A stretch of 64,000 nt of DNA, taken from positions 1 to 64,000 of IMG/VR virus record IMGVR_UViG_3300032356_000182, one strand, 5' to 3'. Every line of letters starts with the position of its first letter. Positions within the stretch are counted from its first letter, which is position 1. Made by a program: the position numbers and the translations under genes. Under the pieces are notes generated by a model. That model had not been told where the DNA came from. It searched no databases and saw only the letters and a program-made list of their open reading frames with translations. Below, one piece after another: positions 28,827 through 38,230 of the stretch. This DNA is from a virus.

Positions 28827-28902
28827 GTGTAGGCTTGTGCTAGATGTAGGAGTTTTTTGTGTTTGATTATCTTGGATGTAAGGTTAGAGATATGAGGAAG
28901 AG

Positions 28903-29637
28903 TTGGGGGCTATGAGTTGTTCTGGATTGATTGATAGGATAGCACGAGGATTAACAACAGTAGAGGATGCTATTTGTGTTCAAAATCTCTTGGATGAGAA
29001 GCTATCAGGAACGATCGGAATATGTCCATACTGTTTAGAGATGATGTCAATTGATAGCTTGGAAGCTAGGGATCACTGGAAAGTGTGTTCTGCAGGAAAT
29101 CATCCGGCACTGAAAGAGATACAACATCTAACAGACAAGTTAGATCATTCTTTGGCTCTGATTGCTGAATTGACCGGCCTGGTTGATGTACTTCGTCGGA
29201 AGCTAGCAGCTCTAGTGTTTGAAATTGAAAGGAATCCTGTTTTCTCTAATCATTTTGATGATCTTTTAATTATTAAAATGCCTGGGATGTATGATTCGGA
29301 AATGTCGTCTTTTATAGCTACAGAAATCATGGGATGGCAGAAGAGAAAAATATCAGCTAGTTGGGGTGATTTGTGGGTTTGGGAAAAACCAACAGGTGAA
29401 TATGTTTCTGTAATCCGATATTGTCCTGAAGTCAACTTGGCCGATGCTATGAGTGCGCTTAAGCAGGCTGCTCTGCTGTTTGATTTTTCATTTAGGATTA
29501 CTTATGACTCGAGCGGTTTTCGAATGATTGGCACTGAGAAAGATGGGTCGCCTTTCGACTATGCGCTAGGAGAAAAAGAAACTCTGCCTCTGAAAATTTG
29601 TGAAGTTATTCGAGAGTGGAAGTTGCAAAGAGGTTAG
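28903..29637 (+). CDS. Hypothetical protein; C-terminal half resembles a phage ABA-sandwich domain
   Basis: CPYC...HWKVC; IATEIMGW...Y....NLADAM...LPLKIC. Confidence 0.55.
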   Translation: MGAMSCSGLIDRIARGLTTVEDAICVQNLLDEKLSGTIGICPYCLEMMSIDSLEARDHWKVCSAGNHPALKEIQHLTDKLDHSLALIAELTGLVDVLRRKLAALVFEIERNPVFSNHFDDLLIIKMPGMYDSEMSSFIATEIMGWQKRKISASWGDLWVWEKPTGEYVSVIRYCPEVNLADAMSALKQAALLFDFSFRITYDSSGFRMIGTEKDGSPFDYALGEKETLPLKICEVIREWKLQRG

Positions 29638-29708
29638 TGATATTTGTTTAACAAAATTGAGATTTTTATCAGAAAGAAATGTTAAAAAAGTGAAGGAAAT
29701 AGTATAGA

Positions 29709-30449
29709 ATGGCTTTGAGGAGAGGAAGACCGCCTCATACAATAAAACCCGGAAACAGAAAAGATATTGATGGGAATCCGATAGCAGTTAGTAGATATCC
29801 AAAGCAAGTTCGGGATGAAGTGTTTGAGGTTTGGTACAAGCTAGATAGGCCACCCATCGATTCTCTTAGAAAATATATTCGAGATAAATTGAAAATCGGA
29901 AGGGTTTCTGACCCGAGCTTTCAGTTCTGTGGGCTGTCTAGAGCTCCTGTAAATGCTACTCTGAAAGCTTGGATGGATCATGACAAGTGGGAGAAGCAAG
30001 CAAACGAAAGAGATGCGAGGATAAGAGATGCTCTAACTTTTGAGGCTATTGCTGCAAAGAAGCACATGATTAAGAGCCTGGTAGGTTCATCACAAAATCT
30101 GATGGATGCTCAGGCGACTATCTTGAAACAAGCACAATTGGAAACGCTAACACCGACTGAAGCTAGAGCTTTACTTCCTTTATCATTAGATTTGGCTAAG
30201 GCAGCCATCATTCAGCTTAGGGACGCTCTAGATTTGCTCCCAGAGGCAGACAACGCTTCGCAGATTGGCCGGCCCGACTTGAATACTGTAATTTCAGCTT
30301 TTGAGCAGCTTCTTGGAGGGAAGGCGGGCGAGCTTCGAGCTGCGCTGGCAGTGAAGGTTGGGGATGATAGTCCGAAGGATATTCCCAAACTTGAAGATCC
30401 GGATATTGTTGATGCTGAATGGTCAGAGTCATTAGAGAACGTTGAATAG
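29709..30449 (+). CDS. Possible terminase small subunit or DNA-binding protein
   Basis: TLKAWMDHDKWEKQANERD then helical bundle; C-terminal IVDAEW. Confidence 0.45.
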   Translation: MALRRGRPPHTIKPGNRKDIDGNPIAVSRYPKQVRDEVFEVWYKLDRPPIDSLRKYIRDKLKIGRVSDPSFQFCGLSRAPVNATLKAWMDHDKWEKQANERDARIRDALTFEAIAAKKHMIKSLVGSSQNLMDAQATILKQAQLETLTPTEARALLPLSLDLAKAAIIQLRDALDLLPEADNASQIGRPDLNTVISAFEQLLGGKAGELRAALAVKVGDDSPKDIPKLEDPDIVDAEWSESLENVE

Positions 30450-30470
30450 TCAAATTGCTCAGGAGGTGGA

Positions 30471-30680
30471 ATGCTGGAAGTATTGAAAGACGTTGCTTGT
30501 TTTATGAGATCAAGGCGTTCTGATTTCTCGGTGGCGGAAAAACGTCGGCTTTATCAGATAGCATTAGATGCTGATAGACATGGAGTAGACGTTTACTCTT
30601 ATATCCTATACGAAGTTGAGAAAGAGATCGAGGAGCAAGAGAGAGTGCAGAGGGAGATGGCTGAAGCTTTTGGGGTGTGA
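30471..30680 (+). CDS. Hypothetical protein
   Basis: 69 aa, AGGAGG RBS. Confidence 0.6.
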   Translation: MLEVLKDVACFMRSRRSDFSVAEKRRLYQIALDADRHGVDVYSYILYEVEKEIEEQERVQREMAEAFGV

Positions 30681-30749
30681 TTCAGGTTATGTGAAGAAGA
30701 TCATATTCTAGATTTGGAAGAGCGCTTCGTCTCGAAGGTTTAGGTTTTA

Positions 30750-30892
30750 GCGCTGGCGTTGTGGATAGGACACAAGACTCTATTGGCAGGGAGCCCGGCA
30801 GGGGTATGACACGACTCAAGCGGTATTTGTGTGCAGCCCTCAGAACCAACTTGAGGAGGAGGCCGGAGCCGGCTTAGATCCGGCCCAGCGCA
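30750..30892 (+). ncRNA. tRNA-like structured RNA with a ~90-nt insertion in place of the anticodon arm
   Basis: Acceptor GCGCTGG/CCAGCGC+A; D-like stem TTGTG/CACAA; T-like arm GCCGG-CTTAGAT-CCGGC. Confidence 0.55.
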
Positions 30893-30915
30893 TTATACAT
30901 TATGGAGGAGCGGAT

Positions 30916-31227
30916 ATGCTGCGCAAGATGAAGAAGGCGGTAGAGAGGTTATGGATTAGTTTGAAGGAGCTGGATGAGAAAAGTGATCGTGCGAATGAAG
31001 CTCAGAAGGGCCATATCTATATTCCGGTTAGCTGGGATGAGAATGGGAAAAAGTATTATGGCAGGTGCGCTTATAGATCAGTTCTAGAGGCCTTAGTCGC
31101 TGCTCGGGAGCTGGCAGATGAGTTAGGAACTGAAGTGATAGATGCGCAGGAATTTGAGCTATTGTCTGACTATCTTGATTGTAACAGCAGCTGCGGCTCT
31201 GAGGTGACAGATGATGAAGCTGTTTGA
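30916..31227 (+). CDS. Hypothetical protein
   Basis: ATG 30916 after GGAGGAG. Confidence 0.6.
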   Translation: MLRKMKKAVERLWISLKELDEKSDRANEAQKGHIYIPVSWDENGKKYYGRCAYRSVLEALVAARELADELGTEVIDAQEFELLSDYLDCNSSCGSEVTDDEAV

Positions 31228-31417
31228 TAGCTATGTGTGTGAGCATACTAGCGATAGTCAGCTTCTTAGGTTGGTGTTGCAGGCGTATGAGTCTGATTCT
31301 GTAGTTGCTGTTCGAGAGCAGCTTAGGAAAATGTTAGCTGATTATGGTTTTGCTGTTGGTTCTGTAGAAGTGATTAAAGATGCGGAGGACCATGAGGTGA
31401 TCATAATCAATGGATAG
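31211..31417 (+). CDS. Hypothetical protein
   Basis: 68 aa, coupled. Confidence 0.55.
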   Translation: MMKLFDSYVCEHTSDSQLLRLVLQAYESDSVVAVREQLRKMLADYGFAVGSVEVIKDAEDHEVIIING

Positions 31418-31438
31418 CTGCTAGATAAGAAGTAGAGA

Positions 31439-31663
31439 ATGCTAAGCTGCCGAGGTAAGCGCACAAGATTTCAACCGAGTGAAGATCGGTGGAGATGTCC
31501 GATTTGTGGAGGGGAGATAGTTATTGAATGGATAGAAGATGGCGCAGATTTCGGTTGTGATCGCTTACATGAGGACGACATAGTAGAGCACAAAGTTTGT
31601 GGCGAAAGCTGGTTTGGTAAAACAATATCTAAGCGTATTTTTCAAGCTAGTAAATATGGTTAG
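31439..31663 (+). CDS. Zinc-ribbon protein (paralogue of 46512-46718); a CPICRGTG motif follows in another frame
   Basis: FQP...WRCPICG...GCDRLHEDD. Confidence 0.6.
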   Translation: MLSCRGKRTRFQPSEDRWRCPICGGEIVIEWIEDGADFGCDRLHEDDIVEHKVCGESWFGKTISKRIFQASKYG

Positions 31664-31982
31664 ATGTCCGATATGCAGAGGTACTGGTTTTGTTGATCCT
31701 AAGAAGCTGAGGGTTGAAGAGGAAAGAGATGAGATAAGCTAACGGAGGTATAAGATGTGCGTTTCTTTGTCTCTAGATGAGATCAGATGAGGATGGTGGA
31801 TGAGCGCTAGGTTTTGTTATGTTAGCAGGTTGGACGAGCATTAGAAGGTTTTGTGGAGGAAGGAGATGAGATATGGGAGAAGATAATGAGTTTGCGGCTT
31901 GTTTTGTTATAGCGTTGGCGGTTTTGGTTATTCTCGCTTGCGTTGCTGTTTTAGCAGGTTATCCATATTAAAGAGGTTAAAG

Positions 31983-32405
31983 ATGTATAGAATACTACTT
32001 ATTATCGCTGTGCTGTTGGTTGTGAATCTAGGCTTCAATTTGTATGTTACTCAGGCAGCGGGTCCATTTGAAGATTGGTCTATGTGGAAGGTGATGCAAT
32101 CTATACCTGGTTGTGGCGCCGGATGGCCTGGTTTCTTCGGCAGCCCACGTTCTGGTCCTGGATATAATGCTTGGGGGTATAACTACTTTAATCCGTATGC
32201 TGGTCCACCAATGCCACCTGCTGGCCGCTACATTCCCGGCACGTTGGGGTTTTATAATCCTCATTCTGGTCCTGGTGGAATGGGTGATGGCTGGGATGGC
32301 GCTCTACATCCATTCCCATTCGTGTCAGGGGCTTTTAGCCTTTATGGTGGAGTTTATGGTCTGGGCGACCCGGCCGGCTGGCGATTGTATGGCGGCTGGA
32401 ACTGA
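31983..32405 (+). CDS. Predicted secreted Gly-Tyr-Trp-Pro-rich protein (paralogue of 13231-13632)
   Basis: MYRILLIIAVLLVVNLGF...QAAGPFE; ends WN. Confidence 0.75.
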   Translation: MYRILLIIAVLLVVNLGFNLYVTQAAGPFEDWSMWKVMQSIPGCGAGWPGFFGSPRSGPGYNAWGYNYFNPYAGPPMPPAGRYIPGTLGFYNPHSGPGGMGDGWDGALHPFPFVSGAFSLYGGVYGLGDPAGWRLYGGWN

Positions 32406-32727
32406 GGCGAAGATCTAGAGACACTAGTTATATCGTATATCTTGAGAGGAGAGCAGCATCTATGCGAGTATACATAACACGTGAGATGGATTTCACGGAT
32501 TATTAACCTTAGTAAATCAGTGCAAACCGGAGAGGGAGGGCATTTTAGGCTTATGTTGCTATATGGCTAAGAAGATGTGAGACTTTGTCATCGTGATGAA
32601 ATCTACGAGGGGTGTGCGTGGAACCATCACCGTAGAGCGAAATTTCGGGTTTGGAAAACCACTAAGCGGTTGTGGAAGATTGTCTGACGAAACGCTAAAC
32701 TTAGGATTATGGAGGAGGCCTCGTAAA

Positions 32728-33063
32728 ATGGGAAAAGATGTTGTTGTTACAGCTTCGGTTCGCATGGATGACTTATCTGATATTCTGTATGTAGGAGATT
32801 TGTTTCTAATCTTGAAAAATTGGAGCAAGCCTGCGTTGGTGGAATTGAAATCTTGGCTTGATGATTTTTTGGCTAACTGGGATGATGCGGGAGAATCTCT
32901 TGCTGAGGATGCGAGAAGTCAAGATTATGATCTTGACGAGATAGCCAGTTTGTTAACGCTCGATGATATTTGTGACCTGCTCGAGAGGCTGAAACCTCGG
33001 CAGCAGGAATTTGTTTATACTTGGATGAAGCATAGTTTTGCTGGGCTCGATCGTGGGAATTGA
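32728..33063 (+). CDS. Hypothetical protein with two ~35-aa helical repeats
   Basis: MDDLSDILYVGDLFLIL...WL and LDEIASLLTLDDICDLL...WM; ATG after GGAGGAGG. Confidence 0.65.
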   Translation: MGKDVVVTASVRMDDLSDILYVGDLFLILKNWSKPALVELKSWLDDFLANWDDAGESLAEDARSQDYDLDEIASLLTLDDICDLLERLKPRQQEFVYTWMKHSFAGLDRGN

Positions 33064-33116
33064 TTGTTTCGTGGCGTTTTCTTGTGAAATTTGTGTGAAA
33101 TTTGTCTCTAAACATC

Positions 33117-33145
33117 TTGGCAAAAATCGGGTTTTGTATTATAAT
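33117..33145 (+). promoter_or_regulatory. sigma70-like early promoter
   Basis: TTGGCA-17-TATAAT, then TAGATGTAGAATA leader as at 616. Confidence 0.8.
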
Positions 33146-33189
33146 GTAGATGTAGAATAGATAGTGAAGGGAGGAGGAGATAGAATAGA

Positions 33190-33442
33190 ATGATGGACGA
33201 GCGCTGGTTTGCAAGGCGGCCTGAAGGCTGCCGGACGTGTGGCGGCCACGGCGGGGGGGCCATACGAAGCCTGCCCCGACTGCGCGGAGCGGGGTAACTG
33301 CCCCCGCTGTGGCACGGGGTGGGATTGCCACGAGTTCAATTCGTGGTTCTGCAATGACAAGCCGTGCCCGGCTTGCGGGTGGGACCACGAACGCGGGGCC
33401 GACGACGTGGCGATGACCCTTTACGGGGACGAGGAGGATTGA
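33190..33442 (+). pseudogene. Multi-CxxC zinc-finger gene frameshifted at a G7 tract
   Basis: ATG 33190 with strong RBS gives MMDERW...CRTCGGHGG and stops at 33297; with G6 it would join PYEACPDC...CPRC...CPAC. Confidence 0.6.
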
Positions 33443-33792
33443 TGCAGATTCTAGTTTCTCGCAAATTGGTTGAAACGATAATCCGGAAAAGCTTTCCAGA
33501 TTATCGTGGTAGGAAGGTGAAATTCCAAATTTCACCTACGGTTACGTTTATGAATACCAACTGGACTGGAGGGTCAAAGAATGAGTATGTGGCTCTCCGA
33601 GCTGATGGGGCTTGGGCCCGCTTGGACATCTATGCTCCCTGGGCTAATCCAGTTGAGGGCCAGATCGTGGATCTTCCGAAAGATATTCTAGTTGTTGAGA
33701 GGAAGTTTTTTTGCGGGAAGGACGCGGGAGTCACCATCTGGGCAAATCCGCAGAATTTGCCCAAGTGGCTGCCAGAAACGACTAACAGTTGA
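33442..33792 (+). CDS. Hypothetical protein
   Basis: TGATG coupling at 33442; FPDYRGRK...WTGGSKNEY...FCGKDAG. Confidence 0.7.
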   Translation: MQILVSRKLVETIIRKSFPDYRGRKVKFQISPTVTFMNTNWTGGSKNEYVALRADGAWARLDIYAPWANPVEGQIVDLPKDILVVERKFFCGKDAGVTIWANPQNLPKWLPETTNS

Positions 33793-34048
33793 CATTCTTG
33801 AGAAAAGACTTGCTGGGGGGAACCTCGGCATAGGATTCCTTCGTATGTGCTCGATTTATCGCATATCATTAGTGGGCATATCAAGGCTTAATCCCGTATA
33901 ATGGTTTGCTGAGGCTGCAAGAAGAAACCTACCCCTAGAGTTTAGGTATGCTTTGAGATGAGGGTGAAGGAGAGAGGGGAGCCAGATTATCTTCCGAGGA
34001 TCGCTCAAGAGATGATTGGGTGGTAGCGACAGATGAGAGGAGAAGGAG

Positions 34049-34495
34049 ATGTTAGGGATAAAGAAACAGAAGGATGAGGCGACGACTGTTCGGGAATTTA
34101 TGGAAGCTCTTGAGAAAAAGATTAAGAGCTGCGCTGAGGCTGCGGAAGATGCATTTGCGAGGGCTCTCAAGCGTGGCATTACAGAGGGAATCCGCTCATC
34201 TCACTTCGCTTTGTCTTATGAGACAGAGAAAGAGGTTTGGGGTGAGCTCGAGGTGTATCTGAATGGTGCGATTAAGCAGGAAGGTGAGACGATTAAGGCT
34301 TTGAGAAAGGGGTATGCCGCTTTTGAGCGTCGCATGTTAGAGCGGGTATTGTATAACGAGCCGGCTTCTGGATCAATTGACCCGGTCTCTGCTGGGGTGG
34401 ACGCTCTGATTCAAGAGATCTATAAGAGGATGTTGCGAAACGACTTGAAGATCTTAGGCGATTCGCTATCAGAAGCAGAAGGGAAAGGTGATTGA
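34049..34495 (+). CDS. Hypothetical protein
   Basis: 148 aa, AAGGAG RBS. Confidence 0.65.
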   Translation: MLGIKKQKDEATTVREFMEALEKKIKSCAEAAEDAFARALKRGITEGIRSSHFALSYETEKEVWGELEVYLNGAIKQEGETIKALRKGYAAFERRMLERVLYNEPASGSIDPVSAGVDALIQEIYKRMLRNDLKILGDSLSEAEGKGD

Positions 34496-35447
34496 GATGG
34501 GACTGTCAGAAAGCGAGCGGACTAGGAAGATTGTTGAGGGAGCAATACTGATTGCTCCTCTGATTAGGGATTTGCCAGATAAGATGTGGGGCGGTGAGTT
34601 TCAAATTCGCCGAAGTGAGCTCCAGGACAGGTTTGAGAAAATCTGTCGGTTTATTGTGCGGCGGAACTCTAATCCGCTATTTTGGTTGACTGGGAGTCAG
34701 GTTGGGGCAAGGTTTAAGGATGAACCTTGCTGGAATCCTTGGCAGGTAGCAGCGCTGATGAGCTTCCAAAGCTATGAGAAGCTTGACTGCGCGAGCAAGT
34801 ATGATCTAAATGAGCTTCTTGGACAGGGTTTCGACCCTTGGCTAAAGTCTTATCATAAAATCTATACGCTGTTAGAGTTTATGCTCTATGGTTTGCAGCG
34901 GTATGATGACGCATTCAGGACAGATCTAGGGAATTTGGAAGCGGCTATTTCCGAGATGATGGTTTTCATGTCTTGCGCTATGCTTGATAGCAGCGCATAT
35001 CAGAAAGCCTATCTTATCAGTTTGATATTTGAAGATATTCGAACAGCTTGCGGACTGCCTTCGGAGGTAGTAAAAGCGCTTGAGGATCTTGGGCCGGGCC
35101 AGTCTGTTTGGTTTATTCCGACTGAAGTATTATTGAAGATGCATGTTAGTTTGCAGGATACTCGTTCAGCCAAAGAGAAAACACGGGAAGCTCTCTTGGC
35201 TGCTGCTGTTCTTAGCGGAGGTCGGCTTCATCGGCTGGATATTCTCAAAGAGTATCATGAAGCGTGTGCGTTGTCTCGGGAGTTGGAGGCTAAACAGCGC
35301 AATGAAAAGAATGATTTGTTGATGGATGATCTTGCGCTAGAGAAGGCATATCATTCGTTTGTTCTAACAGGAGAATGGCCAGAAAGAGCTAGCAAAGATG
35401 AGACTTGGAGAGGAGAAGTTCTCCAAAAGAGAGGTGCAGGAGTTTGA
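34488..35447 (+). CDS. Hypothetical protein
   Basis: 319 aa helical ORF. Confidence 0.7.
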   Translation: MIEMGLSESERTRKIVEGAILIAPLIRDLPDKMWGGEFQIRRSELQDRFEKICRFIVRRNSNPLFWLTGSQVGARFKDEPCWNPWQVAALMSFQSYEKLDCASKYDLNELLGQGFDPWLKSYHKIYTLLEFMLYGLQRYDDAFRTDLGNLEAAISEMMVFMSCAMLDSSAYQKAYLISLIFEDIRTACGLPSEVVKALEDLGPGQSVWFIPTEVLLKMHVSLQDTRSAKEKTREALLAAAVLSGGRLHRLDILKEYHEACALSRELEAKQRNEKNDLLMDDLALEKAYHSFVLTGEWPERASKDETWRGEVLQKRGAGV

Positions 35448-35496
35448 GCGTCTTGTCAGCTTTTCCGAACAACTAGAAAACTAGGAGGCTACATCG

Positions 35497-35682
35497 ATGG
35501 ATAAGGAGCTTCTGTCATTTGACAGATGGTTAGCCTGTGTCTATGACTTGATAGATCTATACTATCGTTTGGCTGTGAAGTTTCATCAGGAAATTCCTTG
35601 GCAGGAATATTACGATAGAAAGCTTTCTCCAGCAAATGCTTGTTTAGAAGCGATGAAAGATGGCTTTTTGAAGGGAGGTTAG
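35497..35682 (+). CDS. Hypothetical protein
   Basis: 61 aa, AGGAGG RBS. Confidence 0.6.
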   Translation: MDKELLSFDRWLACVYDLIDLYYRLAVKFHQEIPWQEYYDRKLSPANACLEAMKDGFLKGG

Positions 35683-35690
35683 TTATCTTT

Positions 35691-35719
35691 TTGAAGTTTT
35701 TTAGTTTTTTGATTATAAT
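35691..35719 (+). promoter_or_regulatory. sigma70-like promoter at the start of the head/effector region
   Basis: TTGAAG-17-TATAAT. Confidence 0.6.
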
Positions 35720-35768
35720 TTAGTTGAAGATCTGCAGCTTATTGTTTCATTTCATTGGAGGGTAAACT

Positions 35769-35945
35769 ATGCCTAGCAAGAAAGATACGATACCTAATGA
35801 GCAGGAAATTGATCCTAGAGATAGGTTTTTCTGGGGCGATGGTGATTTGCTTATCATTGATCCAGAAACCGGGGAAGAGATGTCGCTAGAGGACTATCTC
35901 GAAGGCTTGGAAGAAAAAGAAGAGGAGGAAGAGGAGGAAGAGTGA
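35769..35945 (+). CDS. Highly acidic 58-aa protein (absent from ORF track)
   Basis: MPSKKDTIPNEQEIDPRDRFFWGDGDLLIIDPETGEEMSLEDYLEGLEEKEEEEEEEE; GGAGG RBS. Confidence 0.75.
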   Translation: MPSKKDTIPNEQEIDPRDRFFWGDGDLLIIDPETGEEMSLEDYLEGLEEKEEEEEEEE

Positions 35946-35948
35946 CAG

Positions 35949-36146
35949 ATGAAATTTGAGTATACAGAAGAAGAAGTAACAGAAGCTATACAGAATGGAA
36001 CGCTTTTTGAACTTCGTTCTGTACAAGAAGGAAATACAATCGTCACTAAGCTAGAGCCTGTTAGTGATTTGTCTCGTGTTTCTTCGGTTGTGGCTTGTCC
36101 TTGGTTTTATGTTATTCTAGAGAAAGGACGCCAAAGTTCTGTTTAA
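35949..36146 (+). CDS. Hypothetical protein
   Basis: 65 aa directly downstream. Confidence 0.55.
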   Translation: MKFEYTEEEVTEAIQNGTLFELRSVQEGNTIVTKLEPVSDLSRVSSVVACPWFYVILEKGRQSSV

Positions 36147-36174
36147 TTTCTTTTTATCAATCTTCATGATTAGG

Positions 36175-36204
36175 GAACAGCACAGTTAGCTAACTGTGCT
36201 GTTC
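36175..36204. promoter_or_regulatory. Perfect 30-bp palindrome
   Basis: GAACAGCACAGTTAG|CTAACTGTGCTGTTC. Confidence 0.7.
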
Positions 36205-36232
36205 ATCGTTTTTGCAGGAGTTCCGATGACAG

Positions 36233-38230
36233 ATGACAAGAGATTCTCATAGTTTTTTTCGCGAATGGCTTTCTTCTAGTTTAACGAAGAGCTTAGGAGG
36301 TTTAGGCTCTGGTCATTATGCTCATGCGGGGCGTCCAGGTTTACGAGGAGGATCAGCGCCTAGTAGAAAAAAAGCTACCATATCTGGAGAAAATCACCCA
36401 GCAGCAGATATTCGAATTGTTATCGGGAAATCTGAGCATCTTCCAGAAGACAAGCGGTCGTCGAGTAAGCGCCAAGCTTTGGCTAAAACTATAAGAGATA
36501 TGTTGTTTAGTATTAATCCGGCTTATTTGCAAGGATTGAGAAAGATAACAACAGATCCTCTTCCAGGTCAAGGAGAGTGGCCTCGCGATATAGGCGGATA
36601 CTATACTCAATATGCTGATATTCATTTGAATGTTGCAGCCCTCTCTGGCGAAGACGAGGAGGAAGATATCAGACAAATTCTTTTGCATGAGATTGGCCAT
36701 CATGTGACACTTCGGCTTGGTCAGAAAGATCCGAAAGATTATGCTGGTCTTCGTGATATATGTTATCTGGATAGTAAAGATACGGTTTTCACGCAGCGGA
36801 AGCTAGATAGTTTTAAGAAAACCGTCCCTCTTGAGAAAGATGCTGCTGAAGACTATCTAATTGATTTTGGTTTGCGTCCTTATTCTCTAACGAATAGATT
36901 AGAGTTTGCCGCTGATGTTTTTGCTGTGATGATGCTTGGCGACCCTCTCAGGAAGACAAATCTGGCAAAGATGCTTGGCTTTGATAATCTAGAAGGTATC
37001 TTTCGTGTTGATGTTCCTCTATCAGGATATGGTCTTCCGAAGGTGGTTAAGAAGTATGAGCCTCAGATAGATGATTTAGGAGAGCTTGTTTCTTCAGTTT
37101 TGGCTCTCGGCGGCCCCGGTTCAGGCTTTCATGGCCATGCGGGTCGTCCTGGTAAAAGAGGAGGCTCCGCTCCTAGAAGTGACTTCGCTAATGCATCTGA
37201 TGAAAAGGAATTTAGAGATTTAGTTTTTAGGGAAAGAAGGTCGAAAGAGTCTAAAAAGTCTTATGAGTTTGAAAAGAACAAGCATGATTTTAGAGTTTTA
37301 CTGAAGCTTATTGATGATAGTGGGGGTCGAGATTTTCATCAGCAAGTTGCAGATTGGGGCAGATATGAAGGTCGTCTGTCTCCAGAGCGCGAGGAGATGC
37401 GGAGAAGTCTTGCTAATTGGGAATCTAAATTCCATCTTGATATATCTAGATTGCTAAATGGAAAGATTGCTGACGACTCTCAGCTTACGGCGTATGGAAG
37501 TATAAGTGAAGCTGAGCGGGATATCTCTGGTCTGGACGCTGCGTTTAGGGAAGCTCCTTCTCTGCCTCATGGCATAATTGTTAGAAGAGGATTGATGGCC
37601 GCATCTAAGGCGGCGGCTACTTTTTTGAGTGCAAAGCCTGAAGATCTTGTAGGGAAGATTTTGCTGTGTAAATCGTTTGTTAGTACTACGATAAGCAAAG
37701 ATGTTGTTAGGGATTTCTCTCGAGCTGGCTTGTTGGGGACGAAAACGGTCACTTTTAATATTAAAGTCCCGGCTGGTGAGAAATTCATTGCAGTGTCTAG
37801 TGCCGAATCTGAGATTCTGTTAGATCGAAATCTGCAGTTTGAGATTGAAGATTTTTCGATTACTTCTGGAGAATATCAGGAATACAACTATACGCTAAAG
37901 GTTGTCCGAGGAAAAATTCCAGATATTGAGCTTTCTGAGCCAGCTGTTTTCCTCGGCGGTCCTGGATCAGGTTATCACGGTCATGCTGGCCGCCCCTCTT
38001 TCCAGGGCGGTCCTGCTCCGAGAGGTGTTGGATTCGTAGAAGAGAGAGAAGAACAGGCACCTTATTCTGAAAAGCAGCCAGCTTTGTCTAAGCCTAGTGT
38101 ATTGGATGATTTTAGAGATGTTTTGAAAGCTTCTTTGCTCGTGAGGCTCAGAGCTTGTAAGCCGAATAGTCGTCTGGCTCGGAGATTAAGAAAGATATCA
38201 ACCTGCCTTGATGCGGCAGAGGAAAGGTAA
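36233..38230 (+). CDS. Tagged effector polyprotein 1: tag-zincin peptidase / tag-VIP2-like ADP-ribosyltransferase / tag-short basic tail
   Basis: Tags at 36293, 37106, 37952; HEIGH...YS...EFAAD; RRG...FVSTT...ESEILL. Confidence 0.85.
   Translation: MTRDSHSFFREWLSSSLTKSLGGLGSGHYAHAGRPGLRGGSAPSRKKATISGENHPAADIRIVIGKSEHLPEDKRSSSKRQALAKTIRDMLFSINPAYLQGLRKITTDPLPGQGEWPRDIGGYYTQYADIHLNVAALSGEDEEEDIRQILLHEIGHHVTLRLGQKDPKDYAGLRDICYLDSKDTVFTQRKLDSFKKTVPLEKDAAEDYLIDFGLRPYSLTNRLEFAADVFAVMMLGDPLRKTNLAKMLGFDNLEGIFRVDVPLSGYGLPKVVKKYEPQIDDLGELVSSVLALGGPGSGFHGHAGRPGKRGGSAPRSDFANASDEKEFRDLVFRERRSKESKKSYEFEKNKHDFRVLLKLIDDSGGRDFHQQVADWGRYEGRLSPEREEMRRSLANWESKFHLDISRLLNGKIADDSQLTAYGSISEAERDISGLDAAFREAPSLPHGIIVRRGLMAASKAAATFLSAKPEDLVGKILLCKSFVSTTISKDVVRDFSRAGLLGTKTVTFNIKVPAGEKFIAVSSAESEILLDRNLQFEIEDFSITSGEYQEYNYTLKVVRGKIPDIELSEPAVFLGGPGSGYHGHAGRPSFQGGPAPRGVGFVEEREEQAPYSEKQPALSKPSVLDDFRDVLKASLLVRLRACKPNSRLARRLRKISTCLDAAEER

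Noticed and set aside
30750-30892. Canonical tRNA or tmRNA
   Set aside because: No 7-nt anticodon loop in position, no TTC in the T loop, too short for tmRNA and no tag ORF; kept only as tRNA-like
31725-31890. GATGAGAT-rich tract resembling the reverse complement of ~430-455 as a pac or regulatory repeat
   Set aside because: Low-complexity purine-rich sequence; matches are too short to distinguish from chance
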